DNA of 43,529 nucleotides from a bacterium. GTDB taxonomy: Bacteria > CLD3 > SB21. The translations under genes and the position numbers were made by a program. The stretch spans positions 1 through 43,529 of the forward strand of contig JABWCP010000031.1 of NCBI GenBank assembly GCA_013360215.1. Direction: 5' to 3'. Under the pieces are notes generated by a model that saw only the letters and a program-made list of their open reading frames with translations, did not search any database and was not told the DNA's origin. Positions 1-8,707 of this stretch are shown piece by piece (positions within the stretch are counted from its first letter, which is position 1; each line of letters starts with the position of its first letter).

Positions 1-569
1 CGACCTAAGTCACCGGTAAAACCAAACCGAACCTTACGCCCGTTGTGAGTGATCTCCAGCAGGATCATCGCCGAACCAAACATGTGCCCTGCGTTATACA
101 GCGTAGCACGCACGCCCGGCAGCGGCTCAAACGCCTGACCATAACCAATCCCTAAAAAATGACGCATCGCCTGCTGCGCATCTTCGATGTCGTATATCGG
201 CTCAATCGGAGGCTCGTCCTTTTTTTCACGCTTATAGTTGACATGCTCCGCATCGCGCATTTGTATAAAAGCCGAATCCTGAAGCATCACCGAACATAAA
301 TCCACCGTCGGCTCCGAACAATAAATCGTACCTTTAAAACCTTGTTTGACGAGGTTGGGAATATTGCCGCTGTGATCAATATGCGCATGCGAGAGAATCA
401 TCGCATCAACGGAAGCCGGGTCAAACGGGAACGTACGATTCCGTTCAAAAGCTTCCTGACGCCGCCCCTGGAATAAGCCGCAATCCAATAACAGTTTTTG
501 ACCGTTGATACGGATCAGATGCTGCGAACCGGTCACACTGCGGGCTGCCCCGCAAAATTGTATATCCAT
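1..569 (-). CDS. MBL-fold metallo-hydrolase, beta-CASP RNA-processing type (C-terminus beyond window edge)
   Basis: Not in ORF track. Manual translation from ATG at 569: MDIQFCGAARSVTGSQHL...LLLDCGLFQG...ILSHAHIDHSG (HxHxDH)...NAGHMFGSA...FTGDLGR. Confidence 0.93.
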   Translation of the reverse strand, partial: MDIQFCGAARSVTGSQHLIRINGQKLLLDCGLFQGRRQEAFERNRTFPFDPASVDAMILSHAHIDHSGNIPNLVKQGFKGTIYCSEPTVDLCSVMLQDSAFIQMRDAEHVNYKREKKDEPPIEPIYDIEDAQQAMRHFLGIGYGQAFEPLPGVRATLYNAGHMFGSAMILLEITHNGRKVRFGFTGDLG

Positions 570-590
570 GATACTTCCGTAATAATTTAA

Positions 591-1286
591 TTATACCGTC
601 CGGCGTCGCCGTTCAATCAATACATCAAAAATAGTCTGTATGACATCCGATTCGTATATCGTTTTACCGGCACGCTCATGTTTAGCCATTTCGATCATCG
701 CCTCTGCGACCGCCTGGGCGCGTATTGCGCGATATTTTTTCCATCGGCCGACCAATAAAAAGCCAAGCGCTCGAAATACAACAATTCCTAACGCTTCTCC
801 GATGCGTCGCTCGGATCTTTCGCCGACCAAAAAGGAAGGCCTGAAAATTGATAGCGAACGAAAGCGCAAAGTTTCCAACGCGTTCTCCAGTTCGCCTTTG
901 ACCCGACTATAAAAAACACCGGACGATGGCTTTGCACCGATAGCCGTAACGACCAAAAAATTATTAACGCCGTTCTCTTTCGCTATACGTGCACATTCGA
1001 AGGGATATGTAAAATCCACTTTGTAAAAAGCCTGTTTTGAACCGGCCGTGCGCATCGTCGTACCGAGCGTACAAAACACATCATGCGCTTTGATCCAATG
1101 CGCGGCATTGGTCAACTTATCAAATTCCACGACATGTTGCGTCAATTTTGCGTGCGTAAAAGCAATAGGCTTACGCACCAAAACAATGACGCGATCATAG
1201 TCCCGATCTTCTAAAAGCGCATTGAGCAAATGCTGTCCGATAAGGCCGGAAGCACCTACGATCAATGCGGAACGTTTATTTTGCAT
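591..1286 (-). CDS. NAD(P)-binding oxidoreductase, TIP30/HTATIP2 (YraR-like) atypical SDR
   Basis: Rossmann GASGLIG; FCTLGTT, KVDFTYP, YSRVKGELE and IFRPSFLVGER motifs. Confidence 0.88.
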   Translation of the reverse strand: MQNKRSALIVGASGLIGQHLLNALLEDRDYDRVIVLVRKPIAFTHAKLTQHVVEFDKLTNAAHWIKAHDVFCTLGTTMRTAGSKQAFYKVDFTYPFECARIAKENGVNNFLVVTAIGAKPSSGVFYSRVKGELENALETLRFRSLSIFRPSFLVGERSERRIGEALGIVVFRALGFLLVGRWKKYRAIRAQAVAEAMIEMAKHERAGKTIYESDVIQTIFDVLIERRRRTV

Positions 1287-1410
1287 AGTGCTAAAAGGAT
1301 GATAAACCGTTGTTTAGTTTAAACTATTTTTTGACTAAAAACAGTAGAAAAATAACATCATTTCAACTACATTGTCCAAAATAATTTTTTTAGATGAAGA
1401 GGAACGTAAA

Positions 1411-2235
1411 ATGAAAACCTGGATATTATTTTTAGCGACCGCACTCTCCTTAAATGCTCAACAAATTTCGACGCCGCGGCCAAGCCCCCGCGCAACCGTA
1501 TCGCAAACCGTCGGTGTTACGGAAATGACCGTAAGCTATCATCGTCCGGGTGTAAAGGGTCGTACGATTTGGGGTGAACTGGTGCCTTACGGCCAGGTGT
1601 GGCGCGCCGGAGCCAACGAAAGCACCACCATCAGTTTTTCTGACGATGTCACAATCGAAGGTCAAAAAATCCCCGCCGGTTTGTATGGCATTCAGATGAT
1701 ACCTGAGGCCAATGAGTGGACCGTAATTTTGACCAAGGACGCCAAACTTTGGGGATCATTTAACTATAAACCCGAAAACGATGCCGTGCGCATCAAAGCC
1801 AAACCCACTTCCGCAGAAATGACCGAACGTCTTCGATATTCATTTGAAGATGTCAACGACAATAGCACCCTGCTTACCATGCAATGGGAAAAATTGAAAG
1901 TCGCGTTTAAAATAGAAACCGACACACCGAATCTGACATTTACCAAAGCACGCGCCGCCATGAATTGGAGCGGACTTATGCAGGCCGCAGCGTATTGTCT
2001 TGATAATAATATCAACCTCGAAGAAGGCATGAAGTGGATTGATTTGTCCATCGGTATGAATGAAAATTATTATAATCTCCGCACCAAAGCCCAGTTTGTA
2101 GATAAAACCGGAAAACGTGCCGACGCTATCAAAGTCATGGAACGTGCCATGGAGCTTTCTAAAAAAATGCCCTCTCCGCCCTTTGATATCAAGCGCATGG
2201 AAGAAGTACTCAACGAGTGGAAAAAGAAAAAATAA
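1411..2235 (+). CDS. DUF2911 domain secreted protein
   Basis: Start moved to ATG 1411 (GAGGA upstream); signal peptide; RPSPRATVSQTVG, YHRPGVKGRTIWGELVPYGQVWRAGANE signature. Confidence 0.88.
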   Translation: MKTWILFLATALSLNAQQISTPRPSPRATVSQTVGVTEMTVSYHRPGVKGRTIWGELVPYGQVWRAGANESTTISFSDDVTIEGQKIPAGLYGIQMIPEANEWTVILTKDAKLWGSFNYKPENDAVRIKAKPTSAEMTERLRYSFEDVNDNSTLLTMQWEKLKVAFKIETDTPNLTFTKARAAMNWSGLMQAAAYCLDNNINLEEGMKWIDLSIGMNENYYNLRTKAQFVDKTGKRADAIKVMERAMELSKKMPSPPFDIKRMEEVLNEWKKKK

Positions 2236-2249
2236 TTTCCGGAGTTTTC

Positions 2250-3290
2250 ATGAAAAAAATAGTTTTTTACGTGTTCATCGCTATCGCGGGGATCATCACG
2301 GCACACGCCCAGCAGCGCCTCAAAACGCCCGATGCCAGTCCGCGTGCCGTAGTCGAACAAACCGTCGGTATGACCGAAATACGTGTAACCTACTACCGGC
2401 CGGCGGTGCATGAACGAATCATCTGGGGCGATCTCGTGCCTTATGGCGAAGTCTGGCGCGCCGGAGCCAATGAAAATACGACCGTTTCGTTTTCGACCCC
2501 CGTAATCATCGGCGATAGAGAAATACCTCCCGGCACTTACGGCCTTCATATGATCCCGATGCGCGACAAGTGGACGATCATACTGAACCGTGATCACAAG
2601 GCATGGGGCAGTTTTTTTTACAATGAGAACCACGACGTTATTCGGTTTAATGTCGAACCGGAAAACTCGGCATTTCAGGAACGCCTGCTTTATACTTTCG
2701 ACGGAATCGAATCGGACCGTGTAACCCTCGCGCTCAAATGGGAAAAAATCCGAATACCGATTCCGATCCGGGTTGATCTGCATGCCACCGTCCTGGCCGG
2801 TTTCAGAGACGAATTAACCAACGTGTCCGGTTTTTTCCCTGAACCTTATGTTCAGGCCGTCAACTATTGCGTACGTAATAAAATAAATTACGATGAGGCG
2901 CTTCGTTGGATTGATCACTCGATTGAGCTGCAGGAATCATTTGCCAATCTGAATGCAAAATCGCGCCTGCTGGCAGCAATGGGAAAAAACAAGGAAGCCG
3001 ATTCGCTCAATGCGCGTGCCATGTATCTCGCCACGGAGGTTGATCTCAACAATCTGGGCTATAGCCTCATGGGCGAAAATAACTTCAAAGAGGCCTTGGC
3101 GATTTTTCAGAAAAACGCCAAAGAGCATCCGACATCATGGAATGTTTTTGACAGCCTGGGGGAGTTATACGAACGCATGAACGATAAAAAAGCCGCGATC
3201 GAAAACTATCGTAAGGCGTTATCGCTGGTAAAAGACGGACGGAATAAGCAGCGGTTATCTGAAACTATCAAAAAGTTAAGCGGTCGCTGA
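2250..3290 (+). CDS. DUF2911 domain secreted protein with C-terminal TPR repeats
   Basis: ATG 2250 with GGAG at 2241; signal peptide; IWGDLVPYGEVWRAGANE; TPR-like LNNLGYSLM...NVFDSLGELYE. Confidence 0.88.
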   Translation: MKKIVFYVFIAIAGIITAHAQQRLKTPDASPRAVVEQTVGMTEIRVTYYRPAVHERIIWGDLVPYGEVWRAGANENTTVSFSTPVIIGDREIPPGTYGLHMIPMRDKWTIILNRDHKAWGSFFYNENHDVIRFNVEPENSAFQERLLYTFDGIESDRVTLALKWEKIRIPIPIRVDLHATVLAGFRDELTNVSGFFPEPYVQAVNYCVRNKINYDEALRWIDHSIELQESFANLNAKSRLLAAMGKNKEADSLNARAMYLATEVDLNNLGYSLMGENNFKEALAIFQKNAKEHPTSWNVFDSLGELYERMNDKKAAIENYRKALSLVKDGRNKQRLSETIKKLSGR

Positions 3291-3359
3291 TCGCAGGTAA
3301 ATCATATCAAAGTTGTTTCAAGGGTAGTTATTAAAAACCATGGTAAAACAAAAAGGTTA

Positions 3360-5060
3360 CTATCCTTGGAACAACGTTGTTTTTTGTCTGAAAAAATAAA
3401 TCACCCAGGCCAAACCCACCACCAAAGCACATCCGATCACATTGTACCACAAAAAAGAAATGGGTGTAAAAAAGTAACATAAAAAGACAATAACTTCGGC
3501 TATGATCGCCGCCGTAAAAGCCGATGTGCCGCCCACTTTTTTCCAGTAAAACGCCAATAAAAATATTCCCAGGATCGTGCCATAAAATAAGGATCCCAGA
3601 ATATTGACGGCTTCAATCAGAGAACCTAACTGACCCGCCAATTCGGCAAATCCAACAGCGAATGCACCCCAAAATACAGTAGCCCATTTGCTAACGCGTA
3701 CGTAATGCGCATCCGAAGCATCTGAGCGAAACATCCGCCGGTAAATATCCACCACTGTAGTCGAAGCCAATGCGTTGAGTTCTGCCGACGTGGAAGACAT
3801 GGATGCCGCAAAAATAGCCGCGATGATAAGCCCTACCAATCCGACCGGAAGATAATCCAGCACAAACGTGAGGAAAATATAATTAGTATCGTTGGTATTC
3901 GCCGAAGGATCGTGGGCTTTGATCAGGTCCTTAGCCTTTTCTTTCACTGCGGCCATCTGTTTGTTGATATCGCGCAAATTCGCCTCTTGCTGTTCCATAC
4001 GCATTTCATCACCGGATTCTTTTGCGGCATTCCATACATGCAGAATCTCTTGTTGCCGTTTAAATAATCCCGCGTGATCGTTTTCCAATCGGACATAATC
4101 GGCGGCATACGAGCTTTGATATATACGTTCGGTTTCCAAACGATTGAAAAAAACAGGCGGCATAGTAAATTGGTAAAATGCAAAAACCATAACACCGAGT
4201 AAAAGAATCAAAAACTGCATGGGTATTTTCAAAAGACCATTGGTCAAAAGTCCGAGACGCGTCTGTGCAATAGACTGACCGGTAAGGTAACGGCCGACCT
4301 GTGATTGATCTGTTCCGAAATAACTTAACTGTAGAAAAAAACCGCCGATGAGCCCCGACCACAACGTATAACGATTATCCCAGTCCCAGGTAAAATCTAC
4401 CGTATTCATTTTACCCTGACTGCCGGCAAGATGCAATGCATCATTGACTGAAATGCCATCCGGCAAAAGTGCTATTACCGTCACAAAGGCCGCCGCCATG
4501 CCGGTTAAAATAATCATCATTTGATGAAATTGCGTCCAGTTCACCGCACGTGCACCGCCTGTCGTCGTATAAATGATCACCAGTCCGCCGATCAGCAGGT
4601 TCGTCAATACCAGATTCCAACCCAAAAGTAATGACAAAATGAGCGACGGCGCATATATCGTAAGACCTGCACCAAGTCCGCGCTGAATCAAAAAAAGAAA
4701 TGAAGCCAGTGTCCTCGTTTTGAGGTCAAATTGTTTTTCGAGAAATTCATATGCAGTATATACTTGTAAGTGCCGATAAAAAGGCACGGCCGTGATACAA
4801 AGCAACACCATCGCAAGCGGGAGGCCAAAATAAAATTGTACGAAACGCATACCGTCGGCATAACCCTGTCCCGGCGTCGAAATAAAAGTGATCGCACTCG
4901 CTTGTGTCGCCATGATCGAAATCGCAACCGTCCACCACCGCATGTCGCGATTGGAAAGGACATACGAATCCATTGTAGCCACACCGCGGCTTTTATAGAT
5001 ACCGTACGCAATAATAAAAATAAGAGAAACGGCGAGTACCGTCCAATCCAGGGCGGTCAT
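3360..5060 (-). CDS. Sodium:solute symporter (SSS/SLC5 family)
   Basis: Multi-TM protein; SIMATQASAITF, TAYEFLEKQF, YFGTDQSQVGRYL, AASMSS motifs; start trimmed to ATG 5060 (MTALDW). Confidence 0.92.
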   Translation of the reverse strand: MTALDWTVLAVSLIFIIAYGIYKSRGVATMDSYVLSNRDMRWWTVAISIMATQASAITFISTPGQGYADGMRFVQFYFGLPLAMVLLCITAVPFYRHLQVYTAYEFLEKQFDLKTRTLASFLFLIQRGLGAGLTIYAPSLILSLLLGWNLVLTNLLIGGLVIIYTTTGGARAVNWTQFHQMMIILTGMAAAFVTVIALLPDGISVNDALHLAGSQGKMNTVDFTWDWDNRYTLWSGLIGGFFLQLSYFGTDQSQVGRYLTGQSIAQTRLGLLTNGLLKIPMQFLILLLGVMVFAFYQFTMPPVFFNRLETERIYQSSYAADYVRLENDHAGLFKRQQEILHVWNAAKESGDEMRMEQQEANLRDINKQMAAVKEKAKDLIKAHDPSANTNDTNYIFLTFVLDYLPVGLVGLIIAAIFAASMSSTSAELNALASTTVVDIYRRMFRSDASDAHYVRVSKWATVFWGAFAVGFAELAGQLGSLIEAVNILGSLFYGTILGIFLLAFYWKKVGGTSAFTAAIIAEVIVFLCYFFTPISFLWYNVIGCALVVGLAWVIYFFRQKTTLFQG

Positions 5061-5182
5061 TGGTAGGCAATCCGTATGATATAGAAGATGAAAATGTAAA
5101 CGGCCAACATCGTTACAGTCAATCCGTACCAACCGCGCCATGACTCAAACGGCGACGGTACATTTTGTTCTTCGTCAGACAT
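5057..5182 (-). CDS. 41-aa single-TM microprotein coupled to the symporter
   Basis: Manual translation MSDEEQNVPSPFESWRGWYGLTVTMLAVYIFIFYIIRIAYQ*; its TGA overlaps the symporter ATG (ATGA); below ORF-track cutoff. Confidence 0.75.
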   Translation of the reverse strand: MSDEEQNVPSPFESWRGWYGLTVTMLAVYIFIFYIIRIAYQ

Positions 5183-5250
5183 ACAACCCGAATTTATAAT
5201 GTGGATAAAACTTGGATAGTGGTACGAATATTAAGAAAGATGGTTTCGTG

Positions 5251-6342
5251 TCACATCAAAAAGTCGAGCTCTTTTACAAAATCATCCGTCAGATTTTGAA
5301 CCGGCGGTGATGCCTGTACAGGATCCTGCATCACTTCCTGCAATTCGCCGCGCAGCGCAATATCAATAAATTCCGGGAGCAGCTCTTCATCAAAATGTTT
5401 ACCTATCCCCTCCTCAAGCAAATGGCAAGCCTGGATAGATGTTAATGGTTCGCGGTACGGGCGCGCACTGGTCAACGCGTCAAAAGTATCGGCAATAGCA
5501 ACGATACGCGCTTCGATGGGAATGTCTTTCCCTCCGATTTTGTACGGATAACCTTTGCCGTCCATGCGCTCATGATGATAAGCTATGATATTAATCAGCG
5601 GCTGACTGGACTTCAGAGGACCGCAGATTTTCACGCCGATATCGGGATGCTTTTTAATTTCATCATACTCTTCTTCGGTCAACTTGCCTTTTTTGAGCAG
5701 TACCGAATCGCGTACGCCGATTTTACCGATGTCATGCAGTATTGCGCCTTTGTACAAAATATCTTGAAACCCTTTGGGTACACCGAGCGCGACGCCCAGC
5801 TTGATCGAATATTTTCCGACTCTTTCGGAGTGACCACGCGTATACGGATCGCGCGCTTCCACAGCCCGTGAAAACGCGAGGATCACTTCATCAAAATCTT
5901 CGAGATTCGCATTCAACTCTTTCATACGTATGGCCGAACGAACGCGCGTCTTAAGCTCCATCGCATCAAAAGGTTTCGTCACGAAATCGTTGGCGCCGGC
6001 TTCGATACCGCGTATCTTGTCGGCGGGTCGCGAAAGTCCGGTTACGATGATCACAGGTATATTTTGCGTGGCTTTATTTTCTTTGATTTGACGACAGAGC
6101 TCAAACCCGTTGACATAACGAATCACCGTTTCCGTCAATACAACATCCGGCTGAAATTTGGGTAGCATTTCAAGAGCGGCTTTACCGTTGGGTGCTATCT
6201 GCACTTCGATGCCGTCATTGATCAGCATGTCCTGCACTTCTTGCGCAATACGCATCTCGTCGTCCACCAGCAAAACCCTGTGGCGACGCTCCGTGTACCA
6301 GTGCATTAAGTCTAATTTTTTAAGTTTGCCCTCCGTACTCAT
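5251..6342 (-). CDS. Response regulator with HD-GYP c-di-GMP phosphodiesterase domain (RpfG family)
   Basis: REC (VLLVDDE...FVTKPF) followed by RDPYTRGHSERV, LHDIGK, HHERMDGKGYP, IADTFDALTSARPYR. Confidence 0.93.
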   Translation of the reverse strand: MSTEGKLKKLDLMHWYTERRHRVLLVDDEMRIAQEVQDMLINDGIEVQIAPNGKAALEMLPKFQPDVVLTETVIRYVNGFELCRQIKENKATQNIPVIIVTGLSRPADKIRGIEAGANDFVTKPFDAMELKTRVRSAIRMKELNANLEDFDEVILAFSRAVEARDPYTRGHSERVGKYSIKLGVALGVPKGFQDILYKGAILHDIGKIGVRDSVLLKKGKLTEEEYDEIKKHPDIGVKICGPLKSSQPLINIIAYHHERMDGKGYPYKIGGKDIPIEARIVAIADTFDALTSARPYREPLTSIQACHLLEEGIGKHFDEELLPEFIDIALRGELQEVMQDPVQASPPVQNLTDDFVKELDFLM

Positions 6343-6350
6343 ACGGCGGT

Positions 6351-6932
6351 TTATTCCTCCAAATTGAGATTACGAGGACGCTTCAGTATTCGTCGTCCTG
6401 CCGTAATCGGTGTTTCTTCACCGACGATTTCGATCACAAAATCATCGACCCAAATTTTTCCTTTACCTTCCAGCCATACACCGTAAAAAATGCGTTCGGC
6501 ATCCACGGGTACTTGTATGACGACTTCCTGTTTTTTCCATTCGATCGTACCTTTGATCGGACGATCGTACATAAAATCATTGAAGCCTTTGTAACCGCGT
6601 GCATCCAAACTAACGAAAAGACCACTCCAATTTTGAATATTATCCGCATTGACAAAAGCCGAAATGCGTATGCGTTTACCCTTGTAATCCGCGGGAGAAG
6701 CTTCTTGTAATAAGATCGCCGCGCCTTCCGGCTGGGCATTTCGGGACTCGATGAAAGCGCTTACTTTGCCATTATATTTGGTACCCTTATCAATACCGAT
6801 GGCGTAATCTTTCGGACAAGCCGGATCCAAGGATTGCGGATCTTTGGCCATATACCAGCCTTCCGGCAACTGCGCCCGGATATCTGTAACACATAAGACC
6901 ATTACAAATAAAAGATAAACCATATTTTTCAT
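6351..6932 (-). CDS. Secreted hypothetical protein, probable galactose-binding-like beta-sandwich
   Basis: Signal peptide; YKGKRIRISAFV, RPIKGTIEWKK, GKIWVDDF pattern resembling domains fused to AraC or esterase proteins. Confidence 0.6.
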   Translation of the reverse strand: MKNMVYLLFVMVLCVTDIRAQLPEGWYMAKDPQSLDPACPKDYAIGIDKGTKYNGKVSAFIESRNAQPEGAAILLQEASPADYKGKRIRISAFVNADNIQNWSGLFVSLDARGYKGFNDFMYDRPIKGTIEWKKQEVVIQVPVDAERIFYGVWLEGKGKIWVDDFVIEIVGEETPITAGRRILKRPRNLNLEE

Positions 6933-6942
6933 AATATATTCC

Positions 6943-7335
6943 TCAAGCTCGCAAATGATCTGCGCGCCAGTTTTGTATGGATTTTTTTATTGTGTCCGAG
7001 TCCATATTTTCTTCTGCCGCCTTACGCGCAAGTTCCGGAAATTCACTATCCGAGCTAAACCGTTTTCCGGTCAAAATAAAATGACGAAAATTTTCCTCGG
7101 CGCGAATCGCACGATCCTGTGCTCGAAGTGCAAAAATACGCGCATAGAAAAAAATAAATACCAACACAATCCATATCAAAACAAAAAGTAATGCCGGCAT
7201 CCAATCTGAGTTCTCTCGATATGCGGATACGAATTTGTGAATTGAAAGCGCACCGATCACCAGTATCAAGACAAACGTAAGCCCGTGATACAAAGGACGG
7301 TATTGCTTGTGGTTGACGTAATTCTGTTCAGCCAT
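6943..7335 (-). CDS. DUF6526-like membrane protein (possible internal deletion)
   Basis: Start moved to ATG 7335 (MAEQNYVNH); two TMs; AQDRAIRAEE and IKKSIQNWRAD motifs. Confidence 0.75.
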   Translation of the reverse strand: MAEQNYVNHKQYRPLYHGLTFVLILVIGALSIHKFVSAYRENSDWMPALLFVLIWIVLVFIFFYARIFALRAQDRAIRAEENFRHFILTGKRFSSDSEFPELARKAAEENMDSDTIKKSIQNWRADHLRA

Positions 7336-7415
7336 ATTTTCCGATTTCTTATGTCTTAGGAGAACCTTATTTGATAATACGCAACGTCCGATCAAAAATG
7401 CAACTGCAACTTAAT

Positions 7416-7787
7416 TTATGGTTTTTCGACCGGTGCCTGGATATCTAAAAATGCTCGCCACCCGCCGGCTACGGAATAGACGCGCGAATAACCCATTTTT
7501 TGCAGATTATCCGCCGCAAGCGCAGAACGAAAACCGCCGCCGCAATAGAGGTACAATACTTGATCGTGGTCCGGGTGTTTGGTTTCGATATCTCTTTCGA
7601 TAACACCGCGCCCGATATGTTCCGCACCGGAAACGTGGCCCGCCGCATATTCGCTTTCTTCACGCACATCGATCAATGCTATCGCGGGATTTTTTTGAAC
7701 ATCGTCAAGACACTGTTGTACCGAAACTTCTTGCACCCGTGTTTTGGAATCATTTACAACTTTTAGAAAGCCCGGGCTGTGGTTCAT
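7416..7787 (-). CDS. Single-domain rhodanese / sulfurtransferase
   Basis: LIDVREESEYAAGH; active-site loop YCGGGFRS; SVAGGW. Confidence 0.92.
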   Translation of the reverse strand: MNHSPGFLKVVNDSKTRVQEVSVQQCLDDVQKNPAIALIDVREESEYAAGHVSGAEHIGRGVIERDIETKHPDHDQVLYLYCGGGFRSALAADNLQKMGYSRVYSVAGGWRAFLDIQAPVEKP

Positions 7788-7795
7788 ACGACCTC

Positions 7796-8581
7796 TTATT
7801 TTTGAGATAACATACTGGTCAATGCGCGACGATTGAGCCCAAAGACGGTTTGTGAATACGCAAAGGTATCCTGTATCGCGCGAATAATGCGCGGCACTTC
7901 GTCGGCCATAGATTTATCTTTAATATCCTGTAGAAAAGCCTGTTTGAGAACGCCGTACGAACATTGCAAACGCGCCATCTCGCTCATCAAAAGACGACTG
8001 GGAATCGGAGTGCCGCATTCGGGTAATGTAAGTTCACCGAAACCAACCGGCATTTTGAAACCGCTACGTACCCGTTCGATTGTGCCGTCCACGATCGGTT
8101 CGTAGATATGCGTATTTTTTCCGGTACGACGACTCTCTTCCGCCAAATCTTTAAGACCAATAAATACGCGGCTCAGCGGATAACGCGCCAACTGCCGTGC
8201 ACTGCGCAAAGCGGCTTGCGTTTCGATAACGATACCCACACCCGCGCGCCCGTTAGCCCACTGCAGTGTTTTTTCGATTTGACTGCTTTCGGTTACCATG
8301 GGTAGTAAAATCTCCGTTGCACCGCCTTTGATCGCATCTTCGATCTCACGTTCCGTTCCGGGGCTAAAGCGGTTGATGATGCAGAGGATCGGCGCCGAGG
8401 TGATAGCTCTTATTTTAGCTAAATCGTCAATGCTATCATGTGTGACGGTACCATCCGTAGAGCTTTTACCAATATGCTCCCAATTAATACCGATACCTTT
8501 CACGCCGGCTTGCAGCGCTGATTTTACAGTTTCTTCATGCGTAGAAAAAAGATACAAATCAAAAGTCGGTTCCGTCGCCAT
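7796..8581 (-). CDS. HpcH/HpaI aldolase / citrate lyase-like TIM-barrel protein
   Basis: INWEH, ILLPMV, IVIET and FIGLKDL motifs; start at 8581 or 8587. Confidence 0.7.
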   Translation of the reverse strand: MATEPTFDLYLFSTHEETVKSALQAGVKGIGINWEHIGKSSTDGTVTHDSIDDLAKIRAITSAPILCIINRFSPGTEREIEDAIKGGATEILLPMVTESSQIEKTLQWANGRAGVGIVIETQAALRSARQLARYPLSRVFIGLKDLAEESRRTGKNTHIYEPIVDGTIERVRSGFKMPVGFGELTLPECGTPIPSRLLMSEMARLQCSYGVLKQAFLQDIKDKSMADEVPRIIRAIQDTFAYSQTVFGLNRRALTSMLSQK

Positions 8582-8671
8582 GCACACTCCCGTTACGCGA
8601 ACTTATTTCGAATAGTTTTGATAAGCTTTATGTTTATGATAGTAATAAAATCATTACAGATAAGTATAGCG

Positions 8672-8700
8672 AATATCGTATAAATATAAAAAAACCGCAA
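8672..8700 (-). promoter_or_regulatory. Candidate sigma70 promoter for the aldolase-rhodanese unit
   Basis: Minus strand TTGCGG-17nt-GATATT in an AT-rich intergenic region. Confidence 0.35.
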
Positions 8701-8707
8701 GTGTCGT

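Noticed and set aside
2070..2783. 237-aa antisense ORF across the DUF2911 pair
   Set aside because: Shadow of two well-supported genes; no recognisable motifs
5200..5208. Perfect DnaA box (TGTGGATAA) in an intergenic gap; another TTATCCACA at 15832-15840
   Set aside because: Isolated single boxes, one inside a CDS; no cluster, unwinding element or dnaA context, so not evidence of oriC
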